A stretch of DNA of 51,010 nt from a virus (lineage: Duplodnaviria; Caudoviricetes): IMG/VR virus record IMGVR_UViG_3300028590_000025, positions 1 through 51,010 of that record; one strand, written 5' to 3'. The stretch's first letter is position 1. Each line of letters begins with the position of its first letter. The notes beneath the pieces are model-generated. The model saw only the letters and a list, made by a program, of their open reading frames with translations, was not told the origin of the DNA and did no database searches. The translations under genes were made by a program, and so were the position numbers. Positions 28,207 to 37,910 of this stretch are shown piece by piece.

Positions 28207-29355
28207 TTACGCCGTGGCCTTGACGCCACCGGACTGAAGGTCCTGCAGCATCGCAGCGCGAGCGTCGTTGACGGGCTTGAGATCGTCATTGGTGGGCGTG
28301 AGCCCATCGGTGACGGCATCGCGGAAGGGGTCCTTATCGCCGGCCTTCTTCACGGCATCCTCGACGAGGATTTCGAAGCGGGCGTCGATATAGGCCTCGG
28401 GCTTGTCCTTGGCGGCATCACCGACAACGGCAACCACCACGGCCTTCTTGATATCGGCATCAGACAGACCGTCGGTCTTGACGTCCTTGGCGAGCACCTT
28501 GGCCTTGCCGATCAGGTCGGCGCGCGATGCGACGAGCTTGTCGATCGCAGCGGCATCGAGAACCTTGCCCTTGAGGGCGTCGATCTCGGCATCCTTGGCG
28601 GCAAGAGACTTATCCTTATCGGCAATGGCAGCGATGTGGGCGGTCTCGGTTTCCGAGGCCTTCTTGGCTGCATCAGCAATGCGCTTCTGCAGGGTATCGA
28701 TTACGACAGCACCCTGATCGGTCGTCTCGACCGGGATGCCATCGACGATGACCGTCTTGTTCATGGGTTTGTCCTTTTCAGGGGTTGCGTCAGTGATCGG
28801 GGCAGCGCCCCAGGAATACGCACCGTCACCGATGCGAAGCTGGTCCCCGCCGCGTGCCTTCTCGACAATCGCGACGTGGTTCATTTTGAAGTCGGACATG
28901 ATGGCGTCGTACGCCTCGCCCGTGGGGCTGATGCCGTCGCCCAAGGTCACATTGGCGTCGTAGCCCATGGACAGTTCGACAGCGGCGCCGGATTCGACCG
29001 TCTGGATGCCTGTGGCATCACGGAGCATCATAGGGACCCGGACGAACTCACCGTCGCGCATCACCTCATCGCCAACCTCACCAACGGCAAGGTCTTTCCA
29101 GGTATCGGCCGTGACCTTGACCGAGGGGTGACCAATGGTGATGGGCACGCCGGCATATGAGCCGATGGCGTCCTTCTTGAAGACCTCACTCTCGGGCCTG
29201 TAGACGCGCACCACGGCCTTGTCGGTGATGCCAAGCTCTGACCCAAGGTAGGCTTGCACATTGCCGCCACGAGCCACGCGCGCCGATACTACGGCATAGC
29301 CATCCGCTGTCCGACGCAGCGCGCCGTCCATCGTCATCCGATCGATGAATTGCAT
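28207..29355 (-). CDS. DUF2213 prohead protease / scaffold
   Basis: VYRPESEVF, PITIGHP, ELSMGY and NHVAIV..ARGG motifs; coiled-coil C-terminus. Confidence 0.88.
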   Translation of the reverse strand: MQFIDRMTMDGALRRTADGYAVVSARVARGGNVQAYLGSELGITDKAVVRVYRPESEVFKKDAIGSYAGVPITIGHPSVKVTADTWKDLAVGEVGDEVMRDGEFVRVPMMLRDATGIQTVESGAAVELSMGYDANVTLGDGISPTGEAYDAIMSDFKMNHVAIVEKARGGDQLRIGDGAYSWGAAPITDATPEKDKPMNKTVIVDGIPVETTDQGAVVIDTLQKRIADAAKKASETETAHIAAIADKDKSLAAKDAEIDALKGKVLDAAAIDKLVASRADLIGKAKVLAKDVKTDGLSDADIKKAVVVAVVGDAAKDKPEAYIDARFEILVEDAVKKAGDKDPFRDAVTDGLTPTNDDLKPVNDARAAMLQDLQSGGVKATA

Positions 29356-29358
29356 GGA

Positions 29359-31233
29359 TTATTCCTCGGTGAGCCCTTCGGCCCAATCCTCTTTGACCTC
29401 GGCAAATAGCTCCGGTCCCAGCACGATCTCGCCCTGGTATGGCTCCACCTTGGACAGGTCGCCCTTGAAGCCATAGCTGATGGTGATGTGCGGCTGGTAC
29501 TCGGGGTGATCCCAAGACCCGCCTGCCTCGATCACGCCCTCATGGCGCCAGCGCAGTTCGTTGGCAGTGAACAGCAGCACGGTTGCTTCACCGAACTGCT
29601 CCATCAGGCGCGGGCCGCCGGGACCAACCTTCAGTTCTGGCGCCCACGATTCCCCGACGCGCATCCAATCGATCGGAGTGCGGCTGTATGCGATGGTGAC
29701 ATGCAGTTCATCGGCCGGAAGCGTGGTTTCAAAGCCTTGCGACTTGGCCCACCGGATGATCTCTGCAGCGTTCTTGACCTTCCGCTGGATATACAGCGAG
29801 CGCGGGGCAGCATCGTTCGCGGCAAGGCGCTGGCGCTGCTGTTCGGCGGGATCGTTGGCATTGGCAGCGACACCAAGGGCGGCCGTTTCGTCGGCCGGGT
29901 CCTCTTCCTGTTCCGAGAGCTTGCCGTATTCCTCGATTGCGGCCTCCAGGCCACTCAAGGAGCCGTCTTCGATCAGTTCGTTGACCAGAGCGTCGGACAG
30001 CGCCTCAATGGGCATCAGCGGCTCGCTGGTGCCGCCATTGCCAGCAATGACTCGGGCAGCGTCGGCCTTCATCTTGAAGGTTTCAGCCTTCTCCTTTTCG
30101 GAGAGGGTATAGAGCGGCGCCCAGCGGCTATAGATCGAAGGGTCTCGGTCACCAAGCGCGGAACGAACAATCACCTCGTCCAGGCGGTTCATGGCCGGCG
30201 TCAGTTCTGTGCGCTGCCGGGCAGCGATGTTGTCGTAATAGTTCTTGAGCGCGGTATCACCGTTGCTGCCGAGCCCGCTGGGGGCCTGCATGAGCAGACG
30301 AGACACCGGGATATCGGCGGCACCAGAGGCGATCTCAAGATACTTCTGCATCAGCTCGGGGAGCTGTGCGAAATTGATCTGCTTCTGCTCCCACTTCTCG
30401 CCCAGCGCCGTATCGCCGTTCGCACCATTGCCCTCGAGCAGCACCATGTTGAACATGGACTTGATCGTATTGGCGTAGGTGAAGCGATCCGTAACCGACT
30501 TGGTGCCGGCAGCCGTGGCCAGTGCCTTTGACAGCCCCGGAATGTAGATGACGTCGGCCTTGGCCTCCGGGATCAGCGCGGCGACATGGGCCTGTGCGGA
30601 ACCTGCATTGATAATGGCATCCCCAACCACCTGAAGGATGGAATCGCCCCAGTTATCCGCGGGGGTCGAGAACCGATCATCCATGACAGGAGCGCCGATG
30701 AAGCGCACCATGCGGCTGGGGTGCACGCGTACCTGCGCACCAGTCCCGCCGTTGACCTCATAATATTCGGGCTGGCCATAATAGACGCTGCGCACGTCGG
30801 TGATCAGCGGCCCAGTGGTGACCTTGCTGCGGTCCAGAACGTGGAGATAGAGCAAGTCGCCCTTCTTGACGTTCTCGACCAGCAATTCCTTGTCTGGGGC
30901 ACCGTCACGCATGCCCATGTAGATGGCGGCGCCACCGAACAGCCGGGCTTTCTGCAGGGCCATGGTGACCTTGGGCTGAAGGCTGATCTCTGGCAGCTTC
31001 TCGACGGCCTCGATTGCCTCGATCTGTTCGTTCGTGGCCTGCCATTCCCGCCACTCGCGGGTCATGTCGTTCGGGATGATGTCCACGACTTTGCGTGCCA
31101 GCCAATCAGACCGGTGCATGGCGTTAAGCTGGTCATCGCCAATGGGCACAAAGACGTAGCCGAGGCTGGTACTCTTGTCCTTGGACGTGCCGAGACCTGT
31201 GACCAGGCTCTTGAGCGTGTCTGCCAGCCACAT
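29359..31233 (-). CDS. DUF1073-type portal protein fused to a C-terminal 2H phosphoesterase (Acb1-like)
   Basis: WLARKVVDIIPNDMTREW, ARLFGG, VHPSR, AADIPVSRL and NYYD portal motifs; C-terminal LHVTIAYS and PHITISY. Confidence 0.88.
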   Translation of the reverse strand: MWLADTLKSLVTGLGTSKDKSTSLGYVFVPIGDDQLNAMHRSDWLARKVVDIIPNDMTREWREWQATNEQIEAIEAVEKLPEISLQPKVTMALQKARLFGGAAIYMGMRDGAPDKELLVENVKKGDLLYLHVLDRSKVTTGPLITDVRSVYYGQPEYYEVNGGTGAQVRVHPSRMVRFIGAPVMDDRFSTPADNWGDSILQVVGDAIINAGSAQAHVAALIPEAKADVIYIPGLSKALATAAGTKSVTDRFTYANTIKSMFNMVLLEGNGANGDTALGEKWEQKQINFAQLPELMQKYLEIASGAADIPVSRLLMQAPSGLGSNGDTALKNYYDNIAARQRTELTPAMNRLDEVIVRSALGDRDPSIYSRWAPLYTLSEKEKAETFKMKADAARVIAGNGGTSEPLMPIEALSDALVNELIEDGSLSGLEAAIEEYGKLSEQEEDPADETAALGVAANANDPAEQQRQRLAANDAAPRSLYIQRKVKNAAEIIRWAKSQGFETTLPADELHVTIAYSRTPIDWMRVGESWAPELKVGPGGPRLMEQFGEATVLLFTANELRWRHEGVIEAGGSWDHPEYQPHITISYGFKGDLSKVEPYQGEIVLGPELFAEVKEDWAEGLTEE

Positions 31234-32711
31234 CAGCCTGTTACTCCCAGCATGCCATAAACGAAGTGCGATTGGGCCAACTCATCGAAGGCCCGAGTTG
31301 CCGCGTCTGCCTGATCCTTGAACTTCCCATTCGGGAACGTGCAAAGCTCATCTAGAAACGGCTCAATCCATGCATCCCTTACCGGGTCGCCCGTCATTAG
31401 AATGTCGACGTTGCCGGCTTCTGCCTGAGCCGATAGCGGACCGGCACGGGTCACCTTGTCGCCACTTTCCGGGCTCGATTTGGCTGTGTAGCCGGCCAAC
31501 TGCTTGACCAAGTATCCAGCCTGTGACTTGCCTGCCTGGCCGGGGTCCTGCGGCAGCGAGATCCGGCACTCCCTGCCATCAGTCGCAGCGGTGCTGAGGA
31601 TCAGCCTTTCGACCCCACCAGACGAAAGATGATCTCGTACCGAATGGGCGATGATGAACCGGCCATCAGGATAGCGGCCGATTTTCACCCCTGCGGTGTA
31701 TGCAGCGCTGTCATCGACCGTTGCTGCCAAATCCCAGCCACGGGCGAACTCTGTGGCGGCGGGAAATGCTGCCTTGAAGGCAAACCAAGCCCGCTTAAAC
31801 ATACCGCCATCTCGGGGCGCGGGGCGCTGCTGGAACTGCCCCGCCGTAGCGTAGGAGCCCATGACCTTCTTGTCGCGCTCCACCACTTCACGGGGAAAGC
31901 GGGCCGGGAATAGCAATTCGCCATCGACCTTGCGCGGGTCCTCGAACCCGATGGAAGTGTAACATTTCCTTTCCGGCTCGAACTCCATCGGCAGCATCAG
32001 ATGCTCGTAGCCGAAGTCCTTGGCCAGGATCATTCCTGCCACGTCGTTCTCGTGCAGACGCTGCATCACCACGATAATCGCGGAGCGATCCGGGTTATTC
32101 AGTCGGGTCGGCACCGCCTCGCGAAACGTCTCATTGACTGCATCGCGCTTGACGTCAGACCCCGCATCATCAACCGATAGCGGATCATCGATCAGCACAC
32201 GGTCACCGCGGGAGCCTGTCAGGCCCGTGAACGCCATCGCCTCGCGAAAACCGGTGGCGTCGTTTTCGAACTTGAGCTTGGCGTTCTGGTCCGACATGAG
32301 CCGAACCGTCGATCCCCAGCGCTCCTGATACCATTCCGAGGCAATCAGGCGCCGCATCTTGAGGTTGTCGCGAATTGCCAGCGGGTGGCTGTGCGACGTG
32401 CCCAAATAGCGCATATGCGGGAGGCCTCGCGGCCCCCACTCCCACGCCGGCCACATCACCCCCACCGAGAGCGACTTCATCGTGCCAGGAGGGACATTGA
32501 TCAGCAGGCGAGTGATTTGCCCGCTGGTGACTGCCTCCAAGTGCTGAGAGACGGCATCGATGTGCCATCCGTGCTTATACGGCTGTCCGGGTTCCAGAAC
32601 GTGCCAAGCTGCCTGTGTGAACGATGCGAGCGAGACGCCTGCGGTCTCGATATCGCGATCAAGGTTCTCCTGCGCCCGCCTCTTCTGCCGTTGGGCTGCC
32701 AGGGCTTCCAA
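31233..32711 (-). CDS. terL: Terminase large subunit (start uncertain, 32711-32765)
   Basis: INVPPGTMKS, LIDDP, VMQRLH, GWDLA and DQADA motifs. Confidence 0.93.
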   Translation of the reverse strand: MEALAAQRQKRRAQENLDRDIETAGVSLASFTQAAWHVLEPGQPYKHGWHIDAVSQHLEAVTSGQITRLLINVPPGTMKSLSVGVMWPAWEWGPRGLPHMRYLGTSHSHPLAIRDNLKMRRLIASEWYQERWGSTVRLMSDQNAKLKFENDATGFREAMAFTGLTGSRGDRVLIDDPLSVDDAGSDVKRDAVNETFREAVPTRLNNPDRSAIIVVMQRLHENDVAGMILAKDFGYEHLMLPMEFEPERKCYTSIGFEDPRKVDGELLFPARFPREVVERDKKVMGSYATAGQFQQRPAPRDGGMFKRAWFAFKAAFPAATEFARGWDLAATVDDSAAYTAGVKIGRYPDGRFIIAHSVRDHLSSGGVERLILSTAATDGRECRISLPQDPGQAGKSQAGYLVKQLAGYTAKSSPESGDKVTRAGPLSAQAEAGNVDILMTGDPVRDAWIEPFLDELCTFPNGKFKDQADAATRAFDELAQSHFVYGMLGVTG

Positions 32712-33150
32712 TAAGCCCGAGCTTCGCGAGAACGGGATAGGCTGCTTCGAGAGATGCAAGTTCATCCTCGGTCAATCCATCCAACATTTTGGGAGTGATG
32801 GTCACCACCTGGATGGTGCCACTGATCTTGCGGTTCTCTGTACCCAGCCCAAACAGCTTGGCCTTGCCCATGGTGGCCGATACGGCTGCGCTAGTCTGCT
32901 TCTCACCAATTGCGAGGGTGCGGGCTTCCTCGAGCTCGGCTGCGAGGCTTTCGACGGTCACCTCGACCTTCTTGGCCACCCTGCCCTGCAGTTCTTCTAC
33001 CCGAGCAGCGACCATAACATTTGATAACAAGCGCGATGCGCTCGGCTGGTTCGGCTTATACCCGGCATGTGCATACGCCTCGGTCGCGCTCTTGCCCTTT
33101 GCTAGCGCTTGGGCGAATGCTTCGTGACGAGGATTGGGGAGAACGGGCAT
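32659..33150 (-). CDS. terS: Terminase small subunit
   Basis: RHEAFAQ..ATEAYAHAGY..ASRLL motif. Confidence 0.88.
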   Translation of the reverse strand: MPVLPNPRHEAFAQALAKGKSATEAYAHAGYKPNQPSASRLLSNVMVAARVEELQGRVAKKVEVTVESLAAELEEARTLAIGEKQTSAAVSATMGKAKLFGLGTENRKISGTIQVVTITPKMLDGLTEDELASLEAAYPVLAKLGLIGSPGSPTAEEAGAGEP

Positions 33151-33424
33151 GACGATTTCCGACGAGCATATCGCTCAGATACGCGGTGAGGCGATGGCGG
33201 CTAGGCACATGGCTCAGTCCGCCCTTAAAGCCGCGCTGCTGCATATACCAGCGGACCAGCGTGTCCCTGCCCTTGAGGCCATCCACGCCGGCATCGACAA
33301 GAGTTTGGCCGCGTCCACGTTTGTTGGCGGAGACGCGGCGCTCAATGACATCGTGCAAGAGGTCGCACGCAAGACCGTCAGCGACGACCTTGCCTTGGCA
33401 AAAGCAGCCCTTACGCCGAAGTAG
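33149..33424 (+). CDS. Antisense hypothetical protein
   Basis: GGGGAG RBS; its start codon overlaps the terS start (shared CATG). Confidence 0.55.
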   Translation: MTISDEHIAQIRGEAMAARHMAQSALKAALLHIPADQRVPALEAIHAGIDKSLAASTFVGGDAALNDIVQEVARKTVSDDLALAKAALTPK

Positions 33425-33692
33425 CGCGCTCTGCCTTCTCAAAGGTGAGCGAGTAGACCGCGCCGATCTCGAACTGCTCGATGGCGGCGGGATTGGTGAT
33501 GGTCATAGAAAGATCGCCCGACGGCGTGTACTTCGACCAGTCGCTGTTGCCGCCTTCGGGCCCGATCTGCTTGACGCCGGCCAGATAGCCGCCGAACGCA
33601 GCGCCCATCTTCACTTCCACATTCACGTCGCCCGGCTGATGGGTGGCGCGATGGTTGATTTCCTTCACGTAGAACATTGCCTGGACCGTCAT
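33411..33692 (-). CDS. Conserved hypothetical phage protein
   Basis: AAGGAG RBS; WSKYTPSG..ITNPAA motif. Confidence 0.75.
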   Translation of the reverse strand: MTVQAMFYVKEINHRATHQPGDVNVEVKMGAAFGGYLAGVKQIGPEGGNSDWSKYTPSGDLSMTITNPAAIEQFEIGAVYSLTFEKAERATSA

Positions 33693-34040
33693 GGGTCTTC
33701 TCCTTGTGCAATGCCCGGAAGCCGCCGGGCGCGGATTGTTGACTAGATCAGGTAACTATTTTCGTACCGATCGCAAAAACCGTATTGACGCGAACCGCGA
33801 ACTGATATTGTTTGCGCATCAGGCAATTGTAGCCGACCGCAAAGGAAATCGACCCCATGGCTTCTTCGCCATCCGCCTCCGGGCAAATCCCCCTCACACA
33901 TCACCCACCATGTCGCCTCGTTGAGCGCGCCGCTATCGGCTGCTGCATTTTCAACCGAGGACTATGACATGATGATCGAACGCGCTACAGGCCCACCACG
34001 ACCGCTGTGTTGAGCAGCGGAACCATGATGGGAAAAGACG

Positions 34041-34295
34041 ATGACCGATCCAGGCAAGAAGCCGGAATACCGAAGAATGACCGCAGCGGAGATTTCCGCA
34101 GCGTTCAACCGGCTCGGCCTGTCTCCCAATGAATTCTGCCGACTGACCGGCTCCGCTTACAAGCGCGTCGTCGGTTCATGGCTTGAGGGCGAGGATATCC
34201 CGCAATGGGTTCCCGTCCTGCTGGCGTCGTGGCTTGCATCCCCCCAAGCCTTTGAAGCCGCGAAGGTGGAAGCGGAAACCAGACTGGTGAAATGA
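34041..34295 (+). CDS. Small XRE-like HTH protein
   Basis: LGLSPNEFCRLTG..SWLEG..IP motif. Confidence 0.7.
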   Translation: MTDPGKKPEYRRMTAAEISAAFNRLGLSPNEFCRLTGSAYKRVVGSWLEGEDIPQWVPVLLASWLASPQAFEAAKVEAETRLVK

Positions 34296-34325
34296 AAGAG
34301 CCCGCTTCGCGCGGGCTTTTCTTCG
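34293..34325. terminator. Intrinsic terminator, likely bidirectional
   Basis: AGCCCGC-TTCGC-GCGGGCT-TTT. Confidence 0.75.
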
Positions 34326-34388
34326 TCTCGCAATTCTGGATGATGGGGAAGTGATACCCTACTCACTCAGCGAATGTCGAACGACACA

Positions 34389-34925
34389 TTACAGACCGTT
34401 CAGCTTTCGCGATACAATGCCCCATGATGCGGCGAGGTCATCGAGACTATCCCGCAGGTTGTCGGCCATGGTCAACCGGGTCCGACTGTCCTGACTGATG
34501 TCGCTGAACGATAGCCCTTGCCCGCACACCTTGCAGACCAGATCATAGTTGCGCCTGCCCAGCATCACCCGAATGCTCGCCAGTTCTTTGCCGGCGTCCA
34601 CCTGACGCTCGCTGATAGGATCGCGTGCGCCGCCTCCATCGACGTGGGTGCGGGAATAGTCCATCGCACCCGTTCCGGCCCCTCCGCAGGCTTCCCAGAC
34701 AGCCCTGAACCGGTCTGCGGCCTTCTTCTGGGCATCGTCCAGCTTCCCCCTGGCGAACAGCGTTTCGATTGCCGATTCCCGCAGGTTCTTGGCTACCCTG
34801 ATGCGCTTGGGGTTGTCGGCGCTGATGGCATGGTCTGGGCTGAAATATGGATTATCCATCTCGGCCGTGACGATCTCGACCTTCGAGGCCATCTTGAGCC
34901 TCCTGATTGCCGCCGCTTTGCTCAT
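34389..34925 (-). CDS. Putative late transcription regulator (DUF6456-like, Q position)
   Basis: Last gene of the replication operon; LFARGKLD, VDGG and LRDSLDDLA motifs. Confidence 0.6.
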   Translation of the reverse strand: MSKAAAIRRLKMASKVEIVTAEMDNPYFSPDHAISADNPKRIRVAKNLRESAIETLFARGKLDDAQKKAADRFRAVWEACGGAGTGAMDYSRTHVDGGGARDPISERQVDAGKELASIRVMLGRRNYDLVCKVCGQGLSFSDISQDSRTRLTMADNLRDSLDDLAASWGIVSRKLNGL

Positions 34926-35302
34926 TCCAGAACTGCCTTCCACAAATCTTCTTTCGCGACCGTCTCAAGAACGGACTGACAAATTTCCTGAATATCCATG
35001 CGGCGCCGCTCCGCTTCCGCGTCGATCAGGGTCCGGTGGATGCCGCTCAATGGAACGGGGATCGCTGCGTAGGTGTGATGATTGGCTCCGGCGATATGCC
35101 CCCAGTGAGACCACATGGCCGTAATCATGTTCGGGGTGACGCCATCGTTGAGCCGGTCGCATATCCGTTGAGCCGTGAGGCCACGCCCGGTCATCAGCCC
35201 AATCTCGAAGGCCTTCCGGTTCGACCACTTCTCGACCCAGAGAGGATGGCCGATACGCTCATCATCTCGGCCGAACATGCCCAATTGAACTTCCCCAGCC
35301 AT
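34922..35302 (-). CDS. Putative DNA-binding protein (GcrA-like HTH plus RHH-like tail)
   Basis: GLTAQRICDRL..VTPNMI HTH-like segment. Confidence 0.5.
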   Translation of the reverse strand: MAGEVQLGMFGRDDERIGHPLWVEKWSNRKAFEIGLMTGRGLTAQRICDRLNDGVTPNMITAMWSHWGHIAGANHHTYAAIPVPLSGIHRTLIDAEAERRRMDIQEICQSVLETVAKEDLWKAVLE

Positions 35303-37602
35303 CAGAATGGTGGCTCCCCTGATGCCAGATCTCGCTTCACGTCCTCTGGAATGCCCGCTCCGGGCTGCTCCTGTGGTCGCTCCTGCTCCTGGTAGCGTGG
35401 TGGTGGCCTGTCCGATTTCCCGGTGGCCCAGACAATGCGCTTGTCGTTATCGCGGCCCATGTATCCCGCGTTTATGAGCGCCGTGGTGGTGCGCTTCAGG
35501 AAGGCCGTCAGCTCCTTGTTTCGCGCATCGATCTCATCTTCAGCCGCATTGAAGGTGATGGTGCGGCGGACGCGGGCGACGAATACCTCCTGTGGCACAC
35601 AGCGCCTGATCTGAGGCGGGGCAAGCGAACCGTGCGGGGTGTCTATGCCCTCGTCCGTCTGTGCCGCTGTAAGGGCCTCGAAAACGATCTTCTGGTCATT
35701 CGAGAGCCGCGTATTGTCCTCTTGAGCATCACTGTTGCTGTGACGCGCCGGCCGGGCGCAAATGCAGGTCGTTATGTCATCGCCATCGGCGTCGACGCCC
35801 AACTTAACGACCTCGAGAACAATCTTCCATTTCAAGTCATTGAGGCCGTTCTTGTTCTTGGTGAGCACGATCTGGCGAATGTGCCGCCCCTGCCCGTCCA
35901 GAACCTTTTGCGGCATCTCCTTCCGGTTCTGCGGAATGGTCATCATCGGTCGGATCTCAAACACCTGGGCGACATTGGCCTCGATGCTGGTATGGCCGCG
36001 CACGCGGCCGCCAGAGGCGTTCATGTGGTGCACAAGGCAGATGGCAGCGCCGGTTTGATCCTTGAGCCGATTCACCCGGGCCAACACCTTGCCGACTTCA
36101 GCACCGTCGATCTCGTTCAAGCCCTCAGTGGCAACAGAGAGCGTGTCGATGATGATCAACTCGACCGGCATGCCATAGTAATCTTCCCATGCCTTGACCT
36201 GGGCGATCAGCTTGTCGATCACATCGTCATTCATCAGCGTGAACTCGCGGTCCATGATGATGTAGGGGATATCGACGTCTGGGCTGATGCCGTTGGCCTG
36301 CCGGTAGCCTTCGGCGCGCATCTGGACGCCCTTGCCGTCCTCGCAGGCGATATGGATTACGATGCCCTTACGGGTGATCCTGTCGCCGTACTGCATGCCG
36401 CGGGCGATCTTCATTCCCATGTCCATCACGACAAAGGATTTGCCTGCCTGCTTTTCAGCAGCGAGGATGAACACGCCGTTGCGCTCGACCAGCCCCTTGA
36501 TGAGCCAGTCGTACTCGATGGGCTTGCCGGCGAGACTGATCATGGTCCGCGCGCCAAACCCGCCGGGTGGTCGCGGCACAAAACCGGGGCACGCCGCCAC
36601 AAGCGCCATTAGCTGATCAGCAGTGCCGCCAGCCTCGATCCATTCCACCACATCACCCTTCAGTGGTATGCCCGGTAGTGGCAGCACCTTCACCGATGCG
36701 GTGATCTTGCGAACCTTGCAGGCGACGTCCTCGGCATGGTCCTGGCCCGGATAGACCGGGCGGCCATCATCGTGGAACCGCAGGACGTCCTTCTCGGTGA
36801 CGTTCCCGTATTCGTCCTTTTCCTTGACCTTCTTGGTGGCCTGCGGATCATTGTCTGGTAGCACCACGACGTGGGCGCCCTTGAAGGTCGCCACCATAAC
36901 ATCGGTGAAGTTCTTCCCGGCCCCGCCGCTATTGCACGTCGCCTCAAAGCCGATGGCAACCAGTGCATCTGCCGCCTTTTCGCCTTCCACGACGAAAATG
37001 GTTTTGCCCGCTTCTATGGCCCGCTCAATGGCCTGCCACCGGTAAAGGCATGGTTCCCGACCGTTCAGGCCGAAGGTGATCTTGCCCGATGCGTCCCGGC
37101 TCTTCTGCTTGAAGGTCTTTTTCGCCTTTCCGGTCTTTGGGTCCAACACGAGCGAGCCGTCGGCATAGCGGTAGTGGTACCGGATCACCCGATACTGAAA
37201 TTCGCCATCTGGATTGGCATAGTCCCAGTGCGCGACCTCAAATTCCTGCACGTCGCCGGCGGGCTCCTGTGGCGGTGTTTCTGGTTCGCTGGGGGCACTG
37301 GTCGGATTTGCCGCTTCCTGCCGCTGTGAAGTAGCGCTGTGGCTGTGACGGGACTCTATCAGCCCTTCCTTCTGCAACCAGGCCAGCGCGCCCTCTCGAT
37401 CGGTCGAGCACTCCCGCTCAACCAGTTCAAGAGCACCGCCGCCCAAGCCCGCCTCGTGGTCGTACCAGACCATACCCTCATAGGTGAACTTGCGACTGCC
37501 ACCGGAACCCCAGCGGAGTTCCTTGGCAGTCTTGACCGTCGGCTTGCCCCAGAAGCGGATGCACAGGCCTTCCGTCAGCCCGGCGAAGTCAGTGTCGCTC
37601 AT
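35302..37602 (-). CDS. Primase-helicase (TOPRIM plus AAA_25/RepA-like SF4 helicase)
   Basis: VVEGEKAAD, PDND, AEKQAGKS, IIIDTL, LVHH and RGHT motifs. Confidence 0.9.
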   Translation of the reverse strand: MSDTDFAGLTEGLCIRFWGKPTVKTAKELRWGSGGSRKFTYEGMVWYDHEAGLGGGALELVERECSTDREGALAWLQKEGLIESRHSHSATSQRQEAANPTSAPSEPETPPQEPAGDVQEFEVAHWDYANPDGEFQYRVIRYHYRYADGSLVLDPKTGKAKKTFKQKSRDASGKITFGLNGREPCLYRWQAIERAIEAGKTIFVVEGEKAADALVAIGFEATCNSGGAGKNFTDVMVATFKGAHVVVLPDNDPQATKKVKEKDEYGNVTEKDVLRFHDDGRPVYPGQDHAEDVACKVRKITASVKVLPLPGIPLKGDVVEWIEAGGTADQLMALVAACPGFVPRPPGGFGARTMISLAGKPIEYDWLIKGLVERNGVFILAAEKQAGKSFVVMDMGMKIARGMQYGDRITRKGIVIHIACEDGKGVQMRAEGYRQANGISPDVDIPYIIMDREFTLMNDDVIDKLIAQVKAWEDYYGMPVELIIIDTLSVATEGLNEIDGAEVGKVLARVNRLKDQTGAAICLVHHMNASGGRVRGHTSIEANVAQVFEIRPMMTIPQNRKEMPQKVLDGQGRHIRQIVLTKNKNGLNDLKWKIVLEVVKLGVDADGDDITTCICARPARHSNSDAQEDNTRLSNDQKIVFEALTAAQTDEGIDTPHGSLAPPQIRRCVPQEVFVARVRRTITFNAAEDEIDARNKELTAFLKRTTTALINAGYMGRDNDKRIVWATGKSDRPPPRYQEQERPQEQPGAGIPEDVKRDLASGEPPF

Positions 37603-37910
37603 GCCGCTTCCGCCTGCTCTGCCGGCGCCGGGCGCTCGATCTCTTCCCTCACCCACAGCATGAAGGCGGCGAACTCTTTCGGCTTGGCTTTCTGCAATTG
37701 AAGAAGGGCCTCGAAATCATCAGGGGCAGCGCCGAAATCGCTCAGAATGCGCCATGCATCCCGCAAGCCATCCATGTGCAGGTTGTGAGCCAGGCGCATG
37801 TCGCCGCTGGTGTCCATGCTCTCGTAGCGCTGGAAGTCGCGTTCGGTGCGCTTCGATACCGTTTCGATCTCGTCCAAGGCCGAGATGATGCGCTTGCGGA
37901 GGGGCTTCAT
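37599..37910 (-). CDS. Hypothetical protein
   Basis: ATGA-coupled ORF within the operon. Confidence 0.65.
   Translation of the reverse strand: MKPLRKRIISALDEIETVSKRTERDFQRYESMDTSGDMRLAHNLHMDGLRDAWRILSDFGAAPDDFEALLQLQKAKPKEFAAFMLWVREEIERPAPAEQAEAA

Noticed and set aside
27421-29160. 579-aa plus-strand ORF (likewise 17045-18274, 24192-25319 and 29488-30531)
   Set aside because: Antisense to clearly identified structural genes.
32659-32765. TerS-TerL frameshift fusion
   Set aside because: No convincing slippery site; a simple overlap explains it.
33792-33802. LexA box at GAACCGCGAAC (and GAACCTTGAAC near 46865)
   Set aside because: The spacer is 3 nt, not the required 7.
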